A stretch of 63,706 nucleotides of DNA, counting the filler, from Choristocarpus tenellus KU-1152 (lineage: Eukaryota; Protista; Phaeophyceae): assembly GCA_964200185.2 (NCBI GenBank). It is 13 parts of 13 records of this genome, joined end to end, with 100 filler letters (N's around TTAATTAATTAA, not from the genome) between each part and the next. Parts side by side here need not be neighbours in the genome. Positions count along the whole stretch, not along the records: positions 51,823 to 55,293 come from CAXNAD020019813.1; positions 55,394 to 60,483 come from CAXNAD020011915.1; positions 60,584 to 63,706 come from CAXNAD020022158.1; 10 more parts are not named here. The stretch is one strand, 5' to 3'. Below, piece by piece: positions 52,070 to 63,706 of this stretch; within the stretch, counting starts at the first letter, position 1; every line of letters starts with the position of its first letter. The translations under genes and the position numbers were made by a program. A model generated the notes under the pieces. That model had not been told where the DNA came from, ran no database searches, and saw only the letters and a program-made list of their open reading frames with translations.

Positions 52070-54050
52070 CCTCATGCTGCAAATCGGTCTGAAAACGAGC
52101 TGCACAGAGAGTCATGCATGATCGAAAAAGGGTACACCCTTTGACTGATGACTCGATATTGGCTGCCATGTACAGTAAACCAAATGCAGACAAGTGAGGG
52201 GGAGATATTTATTTCCTGGAAGAAATTGTAAAAGGTGCTAGAAGTAGGAGGAATTGGAGACTGGGCAGTGTTGTAGAACACGGACACCCTGCTGCCTCTG
52301 GCGGCAATAGAGGAGAGAAAGGCGCCGTATGTGGGATAGTTGAAGCCTGCTCTCTGCTTGCTCTCTCTGCTCTCGAATGGTGGAAAGTGAAGATGAGCAC
52401 CAGGTTTTAGAATAGCTTGGGTGGGGTGAATATCAAAACATCCCCTACATGCATGACAGGTACCTTCTCCACCACATTTCGGGAGTGGTCCATCTGTTGA
52501 CCCGAATATATTGTGGCATGTGTGCGTGATCTACTGGTTGACTCGAAGTTGCACATACTTATCTCTTGACCGAGCATTTGTTCCTTGACGTTCCCCACCA
52601 TTATTATTCGTACATAATCATGTACTCTAAAGTGAGATGAAAGCACAGCACTCTGCTTCTCTCACTCTTGTTCACTTGGGGGGAACAAGGCAATAGTCAT
52701 GCCAATTATGTTAGTGCCGGTTCCAGTGTTTTGTTGGATTTCAACTGGAAATGTACTATTGATTGTATTTGTGGTATTATGCTGGACCAACGGCATCAAT
52801 GCCTTGATTTTCGTGTACTGCCTGAAGCTTTGCTGCGTCGAAGGGGATGAGATTATCAATATCTACCAGCGTACACCAAGACCTGGAGTATTTGGAAAAT
52901 GTATTTTTTAGTGCATGTGTGTGGTGATTTCTTGTAGAGAGGGAGTAGGGTGCAGCCTGGCCAAAAGGCCGCCAATGAGAGAAGGGGAGAAAGCTCGTGA
53001 GTCTGGACCAGAACATAGTGGATGTTGCGTGTGCTTCAAAGTATTTTTTTGCATTGCAGGGGTGTATATTGTATGCTCTGGGCATGCAAGAAAAAGAGTC
53101 TGATATATCGTTTGAAACGCTTCTATCTATCAGCACCAACAGCACATATCAGGTAGATAAGCTTTTGCACGTTTTTTTGTTGGTAATCTCAAGAGTATTT
53201 GCTGACTTGATTTCTTTTGACTTGTGGATGTTCTACAAACTTTTTGGTGTAGGTGCAGTAATAATGTTAACATTTTGTGCAACTTGAACATCTCGGATGT
53301 CTGCGATTATTTTTTTTACTGGCGTATATAGCTGCACGGACACCAGCCTCCTCATCAGCAATAATTGCAGACTTCTGCAAATGTATATACGGAGTAAATG
53401 CTCTCTTCTAGAATCCAGCTACATGGAATGACACTGTCCTGTCGAAAGGACAGAATGACGACTGTTTGTTGACAGGTAAACGTTTGATGAGTCCTTTCGA
53501 CTTGTTTCCCCTTGCACTTCGGTGCTAACAAAATTGTCCCTACTCCACACATGCGTATATCTAGATCTCCAGGTTCGACACGGTAAATGTCTCACTCCTC
53601 GTAAATACTATTACGCAGCACTATGTTGAGTATGGTGCTATGATATTCAATCGAACATCTTGGTCCTATATTTTGAATGCCATGGAGCATGCACACAACA
53701 TTGCTGAATGAGGTGAGTATGATCACAATTACTATTTCAATTACTCGAAGTATTGCATTATAATGGAGACTTTGAAAGAGCTCCCTCAGCTGTTTCCATG
53801 CTCCCGAAGGTGAAGCTGCATTGCAAACTATACATTTTTAGAATCCACTGGTGGTCCTGAGTAGGGTGTCATCAGCCTTTTTGGCATTGACGAATTTTTC
53901 TTCTCCCACTTCTTACCCCCCAGTGAAATTGACATCACCCACACGAAGAGTGTCCGCCCTATCCTCCAAAGCTGTGTCAATGTTGTCCTTCACGCCTAAG
54001 AAGGCACGTTTCTTGGCGAATCAGTCCGGCATAATTGTCATCCGACAATT
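52070..54050 (-). pseudogene. Possible highly decayed APE/RT non-LTR retrotransposon relic
   Basis: Only weak hints in the right order: VGDVNF (GDFN-like, ~53930) and TPGLG (PGPDG-like, ~52880). Confidence 0.25.
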
Positions 54051-54384
54051 TGAGGAATTTGGTCTGTTATCCCTATGAGGCTATGGGAGCGGACTACCTG
54101 CCCAGTCACTCCAGTTCTAGCTGTGCCTCCTCTAGCTAGACTATTTTATGACTCTTAAGCATGTTGAAAAGCTTTACGTGTGAAGGCTTGTCAAGAAGAA
54201 ATACTGCTGGTCATTTGGGTAGGCACGCTCTGAACTTGAATCGGGTTATAGGACTGTGGTGTATGATTGTACCACCTGACACAGTCTGACTAATCATACC
54301 ACATTGCACGGTACTTTTATGTATCGTAGCAACATTGCATTGATGTACATAAACTTTCACAATGTGTAATATGCTTCCACCAAC

Positions 54385-54645
54385 GAGCGAAAGTATCTTA
54401 GAGGGTACGAGTTTTGCCCTGTTTGTCCATTTGGGTCTTGGCTTCCCACGTGTTTTTAATGACATTTTACCTACTCCGAAGTGTTTCCGAGTAGGTAAAA
54501 TGTATACGTTATGAAAAGGTGTGTCGGGAACAAGGATATTGATATTTCCTAACAAACACAATAAGCCGAAATTACATCAAAATCGCAACATTGGATTTTG
54601 TCCCCCAAAACGGACGCGGCTCTACCCTCTGAGATACTTTGACTC
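54385..54645 (+). mobile_element. MITE family A (full length)
   Basis: Both TIRs; TSD AAC; internal palindrome ACATTTTACCTACTC...GAGTAGGTAAAATGT. Confidence 0.93.
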
Positions 54646-55144
54646 AACACACGGGAAAGTTTATGAAGAAATCTGAGTTTTGTGGGAGGAATAATTCTGG
54701 TTGGTTAGGGGCACGGGACAAGGAAGGGGCAGAGAGAGGAATGAGAAGTATGCAGAAAGGGAACAAATAGTTAAGGATTGACTGGCTAGGAGAGAAAGGA
54801 GAGAAGTTGAAGAAATGAATGGTCGGTGGAAGGAGAGGGGAGAATGGAAGGGTCAGTATTGAAAAGTTTGCTGAGGGCTAAGGGTCAAGACGGGGAGGGC
54901 AAGAACAAGATAACCTCCTAGCAAGCTTTCCCGCCCACCCAACCTGTCGCTTGCTGACGACCGATAGGGATGCAGGGAAGGAGGGGAGGTCAAGTTTGGG
55001 CAGGGTAGATGTCTTCTAGCTCAAAGGCACGGTATGAAGTGGATCATGAAGGGGTGTTCTTGGATGATTGTGGAGTGGTGTTGAGTGGAGTGGTAACTGG
55101 TGTGGGGTTGAGGAGAGTGGTAGCTTGTGTGGAGTTGGAGGGTG

Positions 55145-55293
55145 GGGGTGACTGGAAATCAGGGATGAAGGAGTCGCACTGGTTGGTAATCAGATGTGGG
55201 GGGTGACTGGAAATCAGTGTTGAAGAGGGTTCGCACTGGTTGGTCATCAGTTGGGGGATGCAACTGGAAATCAGTGGCGAAGGGGGTTTGCCC
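55145..55293. repeat. ~56-bp minisatellite, at least 2.6 copies, running to contig end
   Basis: ACTGGAAATCAG...CGCACTGGTTGGT.ATCAG repeated. Confidence 0.85.
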
Positions 55294-55393
55294 NNNNNNN
55301 NNNNNNNNNNNNNNNNNNNNNNNNNNNNNNNNNNNNNTTAATTAATTAANNNNNNNNNNNNNNNNNNNNNNNNNNNNNNNNNNNNNNNNNNNN
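55294..55393. other. Artificial contig linker
   Basis: Same 100-bp linker. Confidence 0.98.
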
Positions 55394-55560
55394 GATTTCC
55401 CCTGCCCCGGTGGGGGCAGCAAGGGCACCCCGGGTTTGGCCCCCCCCCCCCCCCCCCAAGATACTTCGAGTCTTTCTCACACTTCAACATCCTGACTCTC
55501 TGTTGTCTGATACACCTTATCATGCTCTGACTTGGCCCTCCCCCCAACCCCTCCTCTCTT

Positions 55561-55736
55561 GGGTTAAAGTATCTGGGGGGGGGGTGGTTTGTGAGGGGGT
55601 ATCCGTTCAGTCAAACAACTCTTTTTTCCCCTGACATTTCAAATCTGACACGTGCAATCAAATTACACCAAAAAGTTAAAATCGAAAAAAGAGTGAAAAA
55701 CGGACGCCGACACCCCCCCCCCAGATACTTTGACCC
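55561..55736 (+). mobile_element. MITE family C (full length)
   Basis: GGGTTAAAGTATCT-polyG ... polyC-AGATACTTTGACCC; TSD TCTT. Confidence 0.92.
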
Positions 55737-58700
55737 TCTTGGCTTGGTGCTTCTTGCCTTTACCCCACTACTACTTCGGTTTGTCCTTCCACCCTAAATT
55801 GTCCGACCTTTCCCTGTTGTGAATTGACGTAACTCCCCAATATTGGTCTGTTGTGTGTGATATCTCCAACATCCTCCTGCCCGACCCTACTCACGTACCC
55901 CCCCCTGACTTCCTACCTACGAAATTTCTGCAATGTGTGTTACTGCTGTACCTGTGCCACCAAAGACCTTAGGGTCGTGGTTGCTGCAACACCTTCTCTG
56001 GTGGAATGGGGGAAGTGGTGAAGATACTGAGGCAGATGGAGCCGATGAGACTGATGCAGTCGATATGGAGGCGGGGGAGAGAGGGGGGATAGGTGGAGAG
56101 GCAAAGGAGTTGTAGTGGAAGAAGAGAGATTAGAATTAACGTTGGGGTTTTCTGGTTCTGGGCTTGGATTGCACTTACTCAAGTTTTGAGTGTGCTACTT
56201 TCTTCTGAAGACATTTTTTGTAGTACCGAGTTGCAAGAATGGAGCAGCAAGGACTGTGATGTCCCTGGGGAATGGATAGCGGTATGTGAAGTTTAATGTC
56301 ATGTACTGCGCTGAACATAGGATTGAAGGGGGTGCATACCTTTTGTTTTACACGTAGGAGTATTTTGGACTGAAGATCAACCCTTTCGAAATTGCTTGTG
56401 GTGCCTTTATTTAGTGTATTTAGTGTTATTGATACTGCATTATTCAAGAGGCAGATACAGAATTTGGTATGCTGATGTGCGTACGGTCAGGTGAAGAGTG
56501 TTACTGAAGGCTATTGTTGTTGATATTATCCTTCCTTGTTTTTGTGGCGGCTTCTACCTACCTTTTGCTTTGCCATGTACACGTATCCCCACTTTAGTGG
56601 GACATACAACGTAAGTGAAGTTTTTGAATTCATTTGGAGTACTATTGTACAGTGCTTTTGTTTTTTTATGTGTTTCGTAGATTCCCACCTCCTGTCATCT
56701 TGCACCTTCGGCATGATCATGGACTGTTGAGTGATGGTACTTCCTGTGCACAGACATAAATACCTTGTGCTTGTTTTCCCTTTGGAAACCGAAGTAGTAT
56801 ATCGTTGTTTCTCTTCCTGATATCAACTTGGTTTGTCGTCAACATAGTGATGGATAGAGTAGTAGAACTTTGTTTCACGTATGACGTTAGACTGAAGGGC
56901 TGAGCAACTAACCAAGGTGTGAATCCGGTCCTCCTCGTGGTTGACGAACCGTGACTGTTTCTTTCGTGACCTCCTTCTGCGTTCCCGAGGAGCGAGTTGA
57001 CATTCTTTAACATGGGGCGGTACATACCGTGGATGGTGGATGGACATCCTCTGTTAAGGTCCTGGTTTAGAGTAGTTACTATCGAGTGACATCACTCGTT
57101 TTAGTGTGTTTGATCGTGCTCATGCAGTTCCAGCTACATATATTTCGCAGACGTTTCTATGCACACTGTAGATACCGTAGGAAGAAGTTCTAAGTTTTCT
57201 TCTTTCATGACTAGGAACGCATGATGCACGGCTTAAGTATGATATTGGTTTGGTTGTGTTCGCACATTCCGAACCATACGTTTTACAGACTCTTTGATGC
57301 AAACCATAGATGGCGCAGGGGGGAGTTCTGCACTTTCTCCTTGGATGACTAGGAATGTTGATGGACCTGTACACTGGTCAAGAGCTAGTGCATGTGTGGG
57401 TGTGTGCGTGTTTGCTGTCATCGTCTAACCTTGAGATGAGACGCATACTGAAGTTCTTTTGTTACATATATATGTTGTTAGGTGTGGCATATTTTGAACC
57501 TACTATTGAGTTTGGTTGATCTGAGATCACTCGATCTCACTGTTGATTAAACTACTAATAATACTATGTGTGTATGTACGTGCACCAAGATTTCTGATGA
57601 GAGAGACAGTGCAGCAGTAGACCCACCATTCGGGGTTTAATATCGTCTTAACAATCCCGTTCACTGTCAAAAGTCGCCTAAAAAATATAATTGTTACTAC
57701 TCCAGAGAAATGGTATGCAGCATATTGGGTGCTTGAAATAATAAAATTACACACCTAAGACCTCTCTGCCTAGAGGTAGGTACTGACCCCTCCTTGACCC
57801 AAATAGTTGGTGAGAGAACCCCTTGTGAAAAGAGCAGTTTCGGAGAACAAATGTTCTCTACCTTAATATAGTGTACCGATTTGAATATTGGGAAGTGTTT
57901 GACACAACTGCATGCAGGGTAGGCGGTAAATAATTAATGCGTGGACTTGAAAAAGTGGAAAGTGTATCTTCTCATCATTATGACATGCACTCAACGCACA
58001 TACATATATCACGTAGATTGATGTATTGATCACAAAAGGAAAAATATGGTACCTGTTGTTGCACTAAATGACCACAACCGTTTCATCCTCCATTCGATAA
58101 TTATGAAGAAAATACCCTTCAAGGTCCTCACTGTGTGTTACAAACTCATGATCGCAAGCATAACCTTGAATGCCAGGAATGATGAGTGATAGACAAACGA
58201 AACCAATATCCTTTGTGTACAAGATGAGCACGATATGTTTGCCACCTTACTGAAAACTTCGTTATTAATGACATCTAGTAGATGGTAGATAAGAAATGCA
58301 CTCGCGATCAGGGAGAAAAATGCGCCTGTATGATTCATTCAGTTACGACGAATGGATCGAGTCCATTTGTTTCATAATAAATTAACGACAGTATTGAGAA
58401 GGTTTGGTCATGTCTTTCTTACACGAAACTCCAAAATGGGTAGAAATGGGTAGCCTACATCATCGGGGTTCTTCATCTCCATACAGTTGATATATAATCC
58501 GATATAGTAGTAACAGCACAACCCCCACCCAAAGACTTAGCAGGATGCTCTTCTACTTTCGGAGTTGATGCAAGACCAACATATTAAATCGGCGGGTGCA
58601 GCCCTCCTTTCTGGAAATAGAAAGAAGAAACAATAAGGTACGGAGTAGAGGGGCGAGGAAGAGTAAAACTGATGTATCAGTGTGTTGTGGTGTTGAATCA

Positions 58701-58765
58701 GGTAACGATGTTGAGTTATACATTTGACTTTTAACAAACGCACTTTTTATGTTGTAACCTTTACT

Positions 58766-58880
58766 GGGTCAAAGTATCTGGGGGGGGGGGTGCCGACGTC
58801 CGTTTTTGGCCCTTTTTTCGATTTTCACTTTTGACATAATTTGGTTGCACGTGTCGGATTTGAAATGTGGGCAAAAAAAA
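58766..58880 (-). mobile_element. MITE family C, one end, grading into a tandem array
   Basis: GGGTCAAAGTATCTGG...TTGGTTGCACGTGTCGGATTTGAAA; second TIR not found. Confidence 0.82.
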
Positions 58881-59540
58881 GAAGACTATTGGTTAGGTTC
58901 CCTTCTGTCCTTGCGTACGCACGAGGAATGGGAATATATGCCACCATTTATTTGGGCTTGGTTAGGAGTTTCGATGTTTGCATGTGTCGGATTTCGAATG
59001 TGCTCAAACAGGCTTATTGGTTGGTGTATGTTAGTAGTATAGTTAGGATGAAGACTGAGAGATATGCCGCCGGGTGTTTCAGGGTTAGTTATGGTTTGTT
59101 TCGTTGCATGAGTGGGATTTGGTTAGCACACAAAGAGGGCTGTCGGTTAGGGCGCGTTGTCCCAGTGTTAGCATGAGGAATTGAAAAAAAGACTATGGAC
59201 TGTTTCGAGGTTAGTTTTTTCGTTTATTTGCTTGCATGAGTCGTGTCTGGTATGTATACAAAGAGGACTGTCAGTTAGGGCCTGTTGTCCTGGTGCGTGC
59301 GCAAGGAACTAAAAAAATCCCATAGACTGTTTTAAGTTTAGTATTTCATTTATTTGCTTGCATTTGTCGGATTTAGTATGTACACAGACGGGGTTGTTGG
59401 TCAGGGTGTTAGGGTTATAGTTATTGGCATGAAGGAAGGGAAAAGGGTCAGGTTTTGCTTTCGAGTCAGTGTAGTGTTTCTTTGATATCATGTGTCGACG
59501 GATTCTGGATGTGTTCATAATGGGTTATTGGTCAAGGTCT
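58840..59540. repeat. Degenerate tandem array, ~6 units of ~127 bp
   Basis: TTGCA(C/T)GTGTCGGATTT...GGTTAGGG motif near 58845, 58978, 59104, 59232, 59358, 59488. Confidence 0.8.
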
Positions 59541-60235
59541 ATTATCGTACGTTTCGCTGGAAGCATCTTAAGATATACTTCCCTTGATTCGGGGTTAGGG
59601 TTAGTGGGTTGAATAAATCCTGATGAGCTAGGGTTGGTTTGGCGTAAGTAGGGTCAATGGAATCACTGGTACGTAATTCAGGTAAGACGCTTGTCTATTT
59701 TAGGTTGCAGATGGGCTCAGTGTAAGTGTTAGTGTAAGGTTATGGTTTAGTGTCAGTGTGTGGGGGTGGCGATCCAGGCCATTCGTCGAGTTCATGGCAC
59801 GTGTTTGGGGTGGGCTCAGGGTTGGTATTGTGCTTAATTGCATCGGGCGTGGACTTCGGGATATGTTCCTCCAAGATTTGAAAGAGAACGAGATCGACCT
59901 TCGTTTGTCGACACTTGGACAAAGCATGAGATGGTGCATAGAGTATTGAGAAGCAGGGGGGAGCTAGGTGGTAGCGTTCAGGGAATAATTAGCGGCTGAT
60001 AAGAAGACAACGTATCGATCGCAGGCCTTGGCGAATTGATTGGAACCTTAGTGGAAAAGATGGAGAAGAGTTGTTGCGAAATGTTTTATATTTTAGTAGT
60101 CTGAACCTTGAATTAGACGCGCTCTGTTAAACAAATAAGAACACAGGTCTAATCCTCAAGATGAGCATCATATATGATACACTGACACCTCTGACTGGTA
60201 GCAATGTATCCGATATCACTGTGTAAATGCATAAC

Positions 60236-60328
60236 CACAAACAAAATAGCCAAAATTACATCGAAATTGCAACATTGGATTTAGATCCCAAAATGGACGC
60301 GACTCTACCCTCTAAGATACTCTGGCTC
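60236..60328 (+). mobile_element. MITE A right third
   Basis: Family A 3' body and TIR. Confidence 0.82.
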
Positions 60329-60483
60329 AACCCATCGGATGGAAACCTGCATGAACATGGTAGTCGGAGACCAAGGCAAGGTACACTGATGCACGAATCA
60401 GACACAAGTTGTTCGATTAGACTCTTCCAACTCTATCGGACAGTTACGGTAAATTATTTATGGAGTAATGGAACAATCAATTA

Positions 60484-60583
60484 NNNNNNNNNNNNNNNNN
60501 NNNNNNNNNNNNNNNNNNNNNNNNNNNTTAATTAATTAANNNNNNNNNNNNNNNNNNNNNNNNNNNNNNNNNNNNNNNNNNNN
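60484..60583. other. Artificial contig linker
   Basis: Same 100-bp linker. Confidence 0.98.
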
Positions 60584-61054
60584 ATACTCTGTGGAGAGGC
60601 TTGTTACCTTGGCTGGCAAGGGTTTCCACGGATGGTTTCAACTCTGCAATGAGTGTACTAGCTGCACACCTGGATATCACCATTGCCTTCCTCACGAAGA
60701 GTGGGCCCTGTTCGACATGCCAATTATGCCAGCAATCCGTCAGGCCTGACCCTAGCACTAATCAAAACAGTGAGACCTTCCATACAGTAGTTGATGCAAT
60801 CTGATAGGTCAACACAGCTTACTACAGTGCATCGACACCAAGAGCATCAATACAATTTCATTTTCCTGTAGTTTAGGGCTTAATATAAGGTACCGTATCA
60901 TCACTATTGCTAATAATGTCTGAATAAATGTGCTTCTGAGATTTTTTGTGAGCATCACTTTATTGCACTCGCTAAAATTATTGGGTTTTGTAGCACTTAG
61001 AAATTTTAACGTCCGCCCCAGATTGTTAAAAGGATGGCTACTAATATTTTATTT

Positions 61055-61157
61055 TTATGCCCTTTGACATTTTGCAGATGTGTCAGGGGGAAAACCAATG
61101 AAAACTATTCACATGTCAGACAAATCCCTAAGTAGCATTTGTCATAAATGTGAAAAT
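61055..61157. repeat. Solo arm of family D
   Basis: Inverted match to 11275-11382. Confidence 0.7.
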
Positions 61158-61223
61158 ATTAATCTATTTGCTATTTTACTACCAGCTATGCTGTACCATT
61201 GCTTTCCTGTGCCTCGAACCTAG

Positions 61224-63413
61224 CTATTCCTGCATCCCAGAGCGAGGAGCTAGGGAAGCACCCCAAGAATCTAACAAGCCCCTCCGTGCCCATCTCCCCG
61301 GTGACTCCAGCTTAAAATGCATGACACGTCTAGACAGGGTCACCTGTATTGTTACAGAGACTATTTGTCGTAGGTGGGATTTGACCACCCCTTTCCTGCT
61401 GTAGCCTCCAGTTCCTCTCCCCCCTACCGTGTGCATAGCTAGCTCATCCAGGAAAATTTCTGCTTGCTTACTGAGGCCCCTAAAACTTTCCACTGCGAAA
61501 GTTTTGAGGTTATAACTATGAGGATCGAAAGAGCCCTCATAGTGGGTGCGCTTTTGCGCTTCAGCTGCAGCAGCAGTTAAACCATTGCTGGTGGACGAGT
61601 GTGGCAGGTGCGATACTGCCTGCACCTCAGCAAACGTACCGTTCAGGAGGAGACTTTGTCTCTGTAGGGAGCTGATCCGGTGTCCGCAATTGCACCAGCA
61701 TGGAAGACCAGATCCATGCATAAAATCTTGTTTATTGTGAATGGGCTACCGTCCTCCATATTGCAAGGGATGCCTATTCTTTTGCATAGTTGCCCCAGAC
61801 ATTTCACCATCGGTCTGTGTCGGCAAACCTGTCCTCCTGCCCTAGGGCAGGTGCGGGCATGTCTGGTATCCACATTCTGTCTCCTGCACCCAGTCACCGG
61901 GCACATGTTTGATAAGACCTCCTCTCTCCCTAGGGATCTGCTGGCAGTGAATTTTAACTCGACGGGGGGGGTCTGGCTTGCCGGCTCCAGGGGTTGTGTT
62001 GAGGCCCATGCATTTGCCCCTTGTCCACATTGGCTCCGATGGTGTGCAAGGCCTAGAATGGACCTTTCCTTTATTTGCTGCTCTGCTTCATCAAGTAAGG
62101 CAGCCAGTTGCGTCCGTAAAAAGTCGAAGCGGATCCTGTTTAGGAGGCGGGTGATCTCGTGTTTTGCCCTCCTTGCAATCCTGGCATCGTGACCTGCCAG
62201 AGTGTGAACCTCTGGGGCCGGTGTGGGGGGTGTTGTTTCTCCCCAGGTTACCCAGTCTTGGTCAATGATTTCCGCTAGGTCTTCTGAGGGGACACCTGTT
62301 GAGAGGAGGGAGAGCCAAAGTATCTTAGAGAGTAGAGCCGCGTCCATTTGGGGGCAAAAATCCAATGTTGCGATTTTGATGTAATTTTGGCTATCATATA
62401 TGTTAGAAGGTGTCAATATCCTTGTTGTGGAAACACCTTTTCATAACGTACACATTTTACCTACTCCGAGATATTTCGGAGTAGGTAAAATGTCATAAAA
62501 AAAAACCGAGGGAAGTCAAGCCCCAAATAATGGACAAACAAGGAAAAACTCGCACCCTCTAAGATACTTTCACTCGGGAGTGGATGAATGATCTCAGGGC
62601 CCATACTGTGGGGCTCGCAAAAATGACTTGTGAGAAGGACTCGCCATGAGGTCCTTGCTGCCTTGCTAGGAGTATGGGGAGAGTGACCACTAGTGGTCCC
62701 ACGAATGCTGCATGTTGGCGGTGCTTCATAGAGTAGAGGCCCTACCCCCCCACACTTGTGGGCATCTGTCCCTGTACTTGTTGGGGGGTTTCTAGGCGGA
62801 GAGACCCATTGTTACACCATCCCTCAAAAAGGTCCGTCGCCTCTGTCGAGTCTGCTACCTCCATTATCTTCTCCACTGCCCTTAACGAGGTCTTGTCTGC
62901 TTGCTCCATGGTGGAGCGTGTCATGTGCGGGGGAGTGACCCTAGCCAGATAGCCTTGGTGGGAGGACAGGGACCAGGAGTTGAGGAGCCAGGTCACCTGT
63001 TTATCCCCCATCTTGCTGAGGTGTGTAGCCAAAGTTCGTGACCCAGAGTTCTCGATTATCTCAGCCATGTGGTCTTGGATGAATCCACCTGTTCCCACAC
63101 GAGCTCCTAATGTAAAAAATCCATTTGGTTTGGGGCTAGGTTGATTCCCGCTGTGGAGAGAAGCTCCAGTTCTGAGGGCGCGGGTTGGTGACCCTGGGGG
63201 GAGGTGTGGCAAAGGTCTTGTCCATATCCAGGGCAATCCCTACCTCATTGAAGATCAGTTTGTAACTGCTCGAAAGCCAGCTATGGTGTTAGGGCCGATC
63301 TCCCTTGCCGAAATGGATGGGTCCTCCAGATAGCTTCAGGAGGAAACCCCTTAGGGCCAAAGACAGACTCGACCCGTTCTAGGGCTTTGGAGGTCGCCAT
63401 GCAATATAGGAGG
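61224..63413 (-). mobile_element. RLE-type non-LTR retrotransposon (CRE/R2-like), 3' half
   Basis: TLGARVG, YLARVTPP, QMPTSVGG*GL, HAAFVG, CCHC (CPVTGC..HARTC..RH), MDLV, AAAAEAQKRTHY, FAVESF, QIVSVTIQ; one stop, one frameshift, MITE insertion. Confidence 0.85.
62312..62575 (-). mobile_element. MITE family A (full length) inside the non-LTR ORF
   Basis: Both TIRs; TSD GGGA; removing it plus 4 bp restores the frame (RSFIH-SLLSTG). Confidence 0.95.
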
Positions 63414-63530
63414 GGCTGAAAGTAACTGGGGGGGGGGGTGACTGCTGTCCATTTGGGGCCTATTTTTATTGTTGTGATTTTGGGAAATTTGGTTGCATGC
63501 ATCGGATGGAACATAAAGGTGCACTGTGTG
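63414..63530 (-). mobile_element. MITE B fragment
   Basis: Degenerate TIR, polyG, GCTGTCCATTTGGGG, GGTTGCATGCATCGGATGG. Confidence 0.75.
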
Positions 63531-63630
63531 CAAAATAGGACAATAGTAAGGTGTACTTTATTTTATGTATGTTAGGTTATTGCGTTGAATTGAGTCCAAG
63601 TGATGTCACTACTGAGATAGTACATCTGAA

Positions 63631-63706
63631 GACCCAAAGTATCTGGGGGGGTTCTACACCAGAGTGTCCATTTGGCCCAAAATCAGGAAAAGTGCATTTA
63701 CATTAT
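63631..63706 (+). mobile_element. MITE B left part, runs off window
   Basis: GACCCAAAGTATCTGGGGGG...GTGTCCATTTGG. Confidence 0.87.

Noticed and set aside
59588-59640. Telomere (TTAGGG/CCCTAA words, also near 24160, 31140, 51330)
   Set aside because: Only two or three interstitial units, not terminal arrays

Overview
This window is not one locus and is not prokaryotic. It joins 13 short eukaryotic contigs with 12 identical artificial 100-bp linkers (44 N + TTAATTAATTAA + 44 N), so adjacency across linkers means nothing. The DNA is intron-rich and dense in transposons. Long TE-filled introns and scattered TTAGGG motifs resemble a brown-algal/stramenopile draft genome, but that is inference only. 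Host genes I could splice by hand: the last three exons of a Ser/Thr kinase (19658-22994, minus) and the last two exons of an ABCF2/ARB1-like ATPase (50668-51597, minus). Mobile elements: a decayed Ty3/Gypsy, a Copia gag-protease relic, an RLE-type non-LTR retrotransposon, two mariner pieces, a possible hAT-like relic, and a 6-exon Sola-like (DUF7869-type) transposase pseudogene that the ORF track misses. There are also more than 25 full or partial copies of three related MITE families (A, B, C) sharing an AAAGTATCT terminal core. I cannot demonstrate a new biological system. The best leads are the spliced transposase together with the MITE clan with mixed 3/4-bp target duplications, two ~127-bp degenerate arrays next to or growing out of MITEs, and an intronic pre-miRNA-like foldback.
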